DNA of 64,000 bases from Octopus vulgaris (taxonomy: Eukaryota): positions 24,304,001 to 24,368,000 of the forward strand of contig OX597829.1 of NCBI GenBank assembly GCA_951406725.2, given 5' to 3'. Within the stretch, counting starts at the first letter, position 1, and each line of letters opens with the position of its first letter. The notes below the pieces were generated by a model. It ran no database searches. It was given only the letters and a program-made list of their open reading frames with translations, and had not been told where the DNA came from. The position numbers were made by a program, and so were the translations under genes. Shown here piece by piece: positions 56,807 to 64,000 of this stretch.

Positions 56807-56873
<67 letters not shown>

Positions 56874-56906
56874 GTCTGTCTGTCTGTCTGTCTGTCTATT
56901 TATTTA

Positions 56907-56989
<83 letters not shown>

Positions 56990-57037
56990 GTCTGTCTAGT
57001 ATCTATCTATTTATCTGTGTGTGTGTGTGTGTGTGTG
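56806..57037. repeat. (TATC)n/(TGTC)n/(TG)n compound microsatellite (similar tracts at 20637-20716 and 43217-43390)
   Basis: Direct reading. Confidence 0.95.
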
Positions 57038-60000
57038 TTAATATTTGTGTTTGTCCCTCAAGTGTCTTGTAGTAAAAGAGAAGAGGTAAATGCAGTGAAT
57101 AGTGAACATAGGTAGAGGTGAATATCAATTTTAGTGGGGAGAGGTTAGAAGCAATAAGAGGTAGCATAGTTGATGTGGAGTGTGGGCAGTGTGTGAGAGA
57201 TGCACAGTGCCTGGGACGAGGTCAGAGATACATAAGGGTGGAAATAGTAGGAGATGAACATAAATAATGGGATGGAGGTCACCATTTGCAGAATGAGAAT
57301 GTGTAAAGGGGAAAAGTGAAGTAGAAAATAAGTCAGTAAGAGATGACACTGAGAATATGAGAGGCAAAGCAAGAAGTTCCAGGGAGGGTAAATGGGAGCA
57401 CAAAAAGGTGACAGACAAAATATTTTCAGTTTTACCCTCATATAATTATAGCAGCTGAGTGAACAGTGCTATAGTCAGGAGAGTGATGGAGGGTTTGGTG
57501 TTATATTCAGATTTAGCAGTTGCCACTTCTTTATGCAACTGGTCCTCAACCATATGCATCATGTTGCCAAACAAAAGCAATCTTCTCTCTTGCACATTAC
57601 ATCTGAATTCTCTTTGGCATAATTTTTCTTCCAAATCATTTGCACTTTGTCATGCATGCACAATGCTGTTGCATGTCCAGCAGCAGAGTATACTTGCTTC
57701 TTTCTACCCTTTGCACATCTTCTGTACCCATGTTTCTTTCTTGTTTGTTCCTTCTCGAGCCATGCCTGGCTCATAAGGGCCGGTTTCCCGGTTTCCTTGG
57801 CGTATAGGTTCCCCACCTGGATGGGACGCCAGTCCATCGTGGGTGAGCTGCAAGGGCCCTGTCAAAAGCTTTCTCTGTCAACAAATGCCAAGTACACAGA
57901 GATTTATTTTGGCTAAATATTTCTTCTGTAATAACCTTTTGGTGATTCTTCTAGGTACAAAGCAAGACTACATCTCATCTAGGTTAACTCTCTTCCTAAT
58001 TACTTGAGATATAACTCTTTTAATAACTTTTAACACCTAGGCCAGCAATTTGACGTATTTGCAATTATATTACTCTAAGGAATCTCTTTTACCCTTTTAA
58101 AGTCATTAGGTATGATACCTTCCTAGACAACCTAATTAACTAAACAAGTGGCTAGATCATATTCCACTCAGATATTTTAAGCAACTAAGTGGTAAGTCAT
58201 GATGGATCAGGAGCTTTCACTGTTTTCATATCTTTAATTGTTTTATCTATCACACTGTGGTCAACTCAGACAGCTATGTGTGAGTGTGTGTTTGTATGTA
58301 TGTATGTATGTATGTATGTATGTATGTATGTATGTATGTCTTGCACGGCTTGTATAGTGAATGGGTAAAGCTCGGTCTGCAATGTTTGCAGTCGTGTATG
58401 CTTGTCAAGAGCAGGGCTCATTAGCCACCAATGGAGCACAATGTTCCTGAAGGTCGGCAATGGTCTTCCTCGGTCACAAGTGGATGGCCATCATCATCAT
58501 GTCTTGTGTCAGGTCACTTTTGAGTTCTACTGGTAACATGTAACCCAGTACAACCTGTTGCATGGTCGGGTCGTCGGTGACTAAACCGGCAACCCCACCA
58601 AGCTTGCTTGGTGAGGAGGGTGTTTATTGGACACCCTGCGGGATGAAAAATAAAACCCGTCAAAGGGCAGAGGAACTCTTGAGAGTCAACGGCCATCCAA
58701 TAAATGTCTTAAGGCTGTATCATGCACAGGGACATAGAAATAATCGGACTGAATACCCGATCGCACGGTTAAACCATTGGGTGTGAAGGACTCCTAGCCT
58801 TTGTTAGGGCATCCTTCTAGGAGAAAGTAACTCAGGTAACTGGGATAATTCCGACATAAAACCTGCAGCTCAGTGGTTACCAATGATGTTGACTTGGTCT
58901 TCTTCTCGGATTATGGCTACTGTTGCTTAGTGAGTGGGATTGACTCAGTGCACAGCCTTTCTTCATTTAAAAAAAATCTTCTTGCACAGGCATTGCACGA
59001 TAACAACATTGATTAAGCTTCGTGCAATGGCCATAATCGATAACTAGGGGGCAGCCACCATGTATGTATGTATGTATGAATGTATGTATGTATGTATATA
59101 TGTATGTATGTAAGTATGTATATATGTATGTATATATATATATATATATACCATACCTTGCCTGTGCTGGTGCCACGTAAAATGCACCCAGTCCACTCTG
59201 TTGGGTGGTCAGTGTTAGGAAAGAAATCCAGCTGTAAAAACCATGTCAAGACAGACACAGTAGACTGGTGTAGTCTTCTACCTGGCCGCCTCCTGTCAAA
59301 CTGTCCAACCCATGCCAGCATGTCAGGCAGACATTAAATGATGATGATGGTGATATATATATACATGTACACACACACACACATGCATATATAACATATA
59401 CATGCACATTCATATAAAAAATCTTTGTGGTATGGTATTTGTGTGACCAGTGTTAATGTTATTCAAATACATAACACAGGGCACTTGGAGTTACTTCTCT
59501 TAGCTAGTTTTTGATTAAATGATTCAAATTACCTTAGCTATAAATGGTTTCCACTCTGTTTTTTTATAAGTCTAAGTTCTTTGGTTAATGGCAATGATGT
59601 TGGATAGTTATGTTACTTTGAAGGACTTTGATCTAGAAACATGTTTATGAATGTCCTCCTATCTCCAGACAACAAGCCTGTTCTTTTCCCTTAATGACAC
59701 ATCACCTTTGGAGAATTCTTGATTTATGAGATTATCTCCCCTTATCAAGTGGAGCTGGTCATAATTGCTATTTCATTATAAAACATCTTCTAGACATGGA
59801 GATAATTTTAATAGATCAACAATTTATGTTGTTTATATTTGACATACCTGTAGTTGAAGGCACATGGTTTGTAGTTAGGGTAATTGGCTCATGATCGTAA
59901 GGTCGTGAATTCAATTCCTGTTGGTACATTGTGTCTTTGAGCAAGAAACTTTATTTCATAATGTTCCAGTCCACTCAACAGGCAATAAAGTGTTGTACCA

Positions 60001-60389
60001 ATGTTTCAAAGGGCCAGCCTTATCGCAATCTGTGTCTTGCTGAATCTCCCTGATAACTACATTAAGAGTACACATGTCTGTGGAGTCCTCAGCCACTTGT
60101 ATGTTAATTTCACAATCAGGCTGTTCCATTGATTGGATCAACTGGAATCTTCATCATCAAAACCGATGGAGTGCCTATTATCTGCATTATTCTCTCTCTC
60201 TCTCTCTCTTTCTCTCTCCATATATATATATATATGATGATTTCATTTGAATGAAACAGTTCTAGTCCTGTAGAAGCTCCTTCTATAAAATAAATATATA
60301 TATGTGTGTGTGTGTGTGTGCATGTGTGTGTGTGTGTGTGTGCATGTGTGTGTGTGTGTGTGCATGTGTGTGTGTGTGTGTGTGTGTAA

Positions 60390-61345
60390 TGTCAGTGTGC
60401 ATACTCGATAGAGTGTAAGTACCTTGAGAGAAAAGTTGGACCTAAGAAGCATCAGATCTGGTGTGCAAGAGAGACGACTGTGCTGGTATGGTCATGTGGC
60501 GAGAATGGATTAGGATAGGTGTGTGAAAAAGTGCCACACCCTAGCGGGTGAGGGAACCTGTGGAAGAGGTAGACCCAGGAAGACCTGGGATGAAGTGGTG
60601 AAGCACAACCTTCGAACATTAGGCCTCACCAAGGAAATGACTAGCGACCGAGACTTTTGGAAATATGCTGTGCTTGAGAAGACCCGGCAAGCCAAATGAG
60701 ACCATAACCTGTGGCCTATGCCAGGCGCGTAACCAGCCCGTTTATGCATACCTTTTCCTTCTTTGGACACTAAAACTCTGCTTGCGAAGACCTGTTGAGG
60801 CAAATGAAATCAAAATCAAATTTGATGACTGGCATCCGTGCTAGCGGGGTGCAAAGAGCACCATACAAGTGTGATCGTTGACAGAGCGGATAACCAGCTT
60901 CCGTGCAAGTGGCACATAATAGGCACCATTCGAGTGTGATCGTTACCAGCGTCGCCTTACTGGCACTTGTGCCCATGCTAGTAGGGTGCCAAGAGCACCA
61001 TCCAAGCATGATTGTTGCCAGAGCAGCCAACAGGCTTCTCTGCTGGTGGCACATAAAAGGGCACCATTCGAGTGTGATTGTTACCAACGTCGCCTTACTG
61101 GTACCTGTGCCGGTGGCATGTGTAAAAAGATTCGAGCAAGGTCATTGCCAGTACCGCCTGACTGGCACGTAAAAAGCACCCACTACACTCTTGGAGTAGT
61201 TGGCATTAGGAATGGCATCCAGCTGTAGAAACTCTGCCAGATCAAGATTGGAGCCTGGTGCAGCCCTCAGTCAAAATCGTCCTTCCCATGCTAGCATGGA
61301 AAGCGGACGTTAAACGATGATGATGATGATGATGATAATGATGAT
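60390..61345 (+). mobile_element. RTE LINE 3' end with long, internally repeated 3' UTR and (GAT)n tail
   Basis: LREKLDLRSIRSGVQERRLCWYGHVARM..EGTCGRGRPRKTWDEVVK; tail catggaaagcggacgttaaacgatgatg shared by many short copies in the window. Confidence 0.85.
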
Positions 61346-61366
61346 ATATATATATAAAAATATATA

Positions 61367-61398
<32 letters not shown>

Positions 61399-61428
61399 CA
61401 TACATACATTCATACATACATGCATACA

Positions 61429-61496
<68 letters not shown>

Positions 61497-61854
61497 TATA
61501 TATATATATTAGTTGAAACTTACAGAAAAGCAACAGGTGAAGACAGGTGTATGAACAACAAGCAGGTGTATTAGTCTGATGCTCAGGAAAGTGAGAAAGT
61601 CATTTAATTTTCGAGCCTACTCATATACATGTATAAATTCACATACATATATACCTGTATACATTGTTTCTATTTCCACCAAACAACCTTTGTCAAACTG
61701 TGCTGATTTGTTTACTTCCCTGTAACTAAACAGTTTGGCAAAAGAGACCAATAGAATAGGTACCATGGTCGATGTGTTTGACTTACTCTACAAGGCTGTG
61801 TTTCAACTTCTTAGCCACCCCCCCAATGACTGAAACAAGAAAAAGAATATTTTG

Positions 61855-61993
<139 letters not shown>

Positions 61994-62323
61994 ATCTGTG
62001 TATATTGATCACTCTAGGCATTGTCAATTGTGTAGAATATATATATATATATATTTTTTTTCCATGAGATTTCATAATTATTTCTAATTCTCAAGGCCAG
62101 TAATTTTGAACGGAGGATAGTTGATAGTTGATATCATTGATCTACATATATGACTGGTACTTTGTTTTATTGAACCTGGAAGGATGAAAGGCAAAGTTGT
62201 CCTTGGCAGGATTAAAACTCAGAAATATAAAAGTCTAGAACAAATACTGCAAGGCATTTTATCTGTCATTTCAATTCTCAGTCCTTGAGGAGTTTTAATA
62301 AGGCTGTAACATTTCTGCTAGTG

Positions 62324-62617
62324 GAGGCACATGGCCGAGTGGTTAGAGCAGCGAACTCGTGGTCGAGGGATCGCAGGTTCGAATCTCAGACAAAGCGATG
62401 TATGTGTTTATGAGCAAAACATTTACACTCCATGCTGCTCCAGCAGAAGGTAATAGCGAACTTCTGCTTACTCTTTCACCACAACTTTCTCTCACTCTTT
62501 CCTCTTGCATCTAGCAGCTCACCTGCGACGGACCAGTGTCCCATCCAGGTGGGGAACCAATGAAACTGGGAAACCAGCCCTTATGAGCCAGGCATGGCTT
62601 GAGAAGGAACAAACAAC
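62324..62617 (+). mobile_element. tRNA-derived SINE (third head type)
   Basis: tggccgagtggttagagc A box and ggttcgaatc B box; tail shared with about 57745-57850 (-). Confidence 0.7.
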
Positions 62618-63356
62618 ATGTCTGCTACTTTCACAGATGACTTTATAATAGACAATATCCACTCCTATGCTATAATATTCATATTGTAGAAATATTTCGG
62701 TCGGCTGGTCTTGTTGGAGTTACCTTCTTGTTTGCTCCTTTGTTTTTTGGTTTTTTTTAGATTTTAAAAACTCCTTGAGTGAGTTTTCATCTTCTTACTC
62801 TGTCAAATGTAATGCTTATTTATTCATTTTGCTTTGAATTAATCATATGAGGGAGAAGGCAAAGGGGTTGATGTAAAGAGGGAACAGGTTGCAAGAAGGC
62901 AAAAAGTTAAAAATCAGAAGGGATTTGGAGTTGGAGGGAGTCAGTTAGAAAGAAGAGGTGAGGGATCATGACAAAGGTAAGAGCAAAAAAAAAAATAAGC
63001 ACCCCCCCCAAAAAAAAATGGTAACTATAACGAGGAAACAATAAACTTGTGTAGCTGAAACTAGTTTGTCTGTTGTTGGATGCCCTTTCTCTAACCATAC
63101 TGGACACCTGGAGTGGAGAGTGGACCTTAATATTGAGCCCTAACTTTCAGCTCCTAGAGTGAGTTTCTTATTCCATGGATAGTGTCAGTGAATGAAAGAT
63201 TTTTCACCTCATTGTATTACATATGTAAAACATAGCTATTTTTGTGTATTTAATATACAGAACACCTCCTCACCTCAGGTATTTTCAGTTAGCTATATTG
63301 TTGTTCGTTATTGTTTTCAGTGTGTGAGTGAGTGAGTATGTGTTTGTGTGTGCACA

Positions 63357-63404
<48 letters not shown>

Positions 63405-63415
63405 TACACACACAG

Positions 63416-63452
<37 letters not shown>

Positions 63453-63736
63453 GTGTTTTATTCATCTATATCAACATGTATATTCTCACACTTTTTTATG
63501 TTCACACAAATTTATGAGTCGGCTTGACAAGCAGGATGTCTCTAAATGAGTGGCCTATACTACCACAACCAGCAGCAACAGTAGCACCACCACCACCACC
63601 ACCACCACCACAACCACCACTGCTACCACCGGTACCACTACTGCCACTACCATTGCAGCTGTCACCATGACAACTGTCACTGTCACTACCAGCACTGCCA
63701 ACACTACTACTACTACTAATAGTAATAATAATAATA

Positions 63737-63780
<44 letters not shown>

Positions 63781-64000
63781 AATAGTTCCAACCGTCTTTT
63801 ATATAGAACATTCTTCAGCTGCTCTAATATCTAGATGCAACTTTTCCTCTGCACTTCCTCGTTGTCTCCCACACTTCTTCCCACTTGTCTTGACCTCTAA
63901 CTTGGCCTTACTTTCTTTCTTACACTTCTCTCCTTTTTACTAAAGAAATCTTTTCATTTTTTTTTCTCATGAATACCTTCTTTTTTATTGAAATATATTT

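Overview
AT-rich, microsatellite-dense animal genomic DNA, very probably a coleoid cephalopod (Octopus), judged from its tRNA-derived SINE families, RTE tails ending in (GAT)n and abundant (TA)n/(TG)n/(TAA)n tracts. Almost all ORFs in the track are microsatellite artefacts. The real content is mostly transposable elements: a near-complete Gypsy/Ty3 LTR retrotransposon (36362-40236) inside an RTE LINE, Tx1/L1, R4/Dong, CR1, RTE and Penelope-like fragments, an internally deleted mariner, non-autonomous Helitrons and many SINEs. Two candidate minus-strand host exons are visible: a first coding exon at 31940-32019 with a CCAAT/CRE-like promoter, and a terminal exon at 47255-47404. The most unusual observations are: (1) the Gypsy primer-binding site matches nucleotides 1-12 of the 5' end of tRNA-Phe rather than a tRNA 3' CCA end; (2) several (TA)n-embedded Penelope-type repeats carry type I hammerhead ribozyme folds, including a recurrent CCGANGA core variant and a retrozyme-like tandem array; (3) a spacerless palindrome with 1.7-kb arms overlaps the putative terminal exon; (4) a 482-bp direct duplication flanks the Gypsy element instead of a short TSD. 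Coordinates and difference counts were read by eye, and repeat boundaries are approximate unless termini are quoted.
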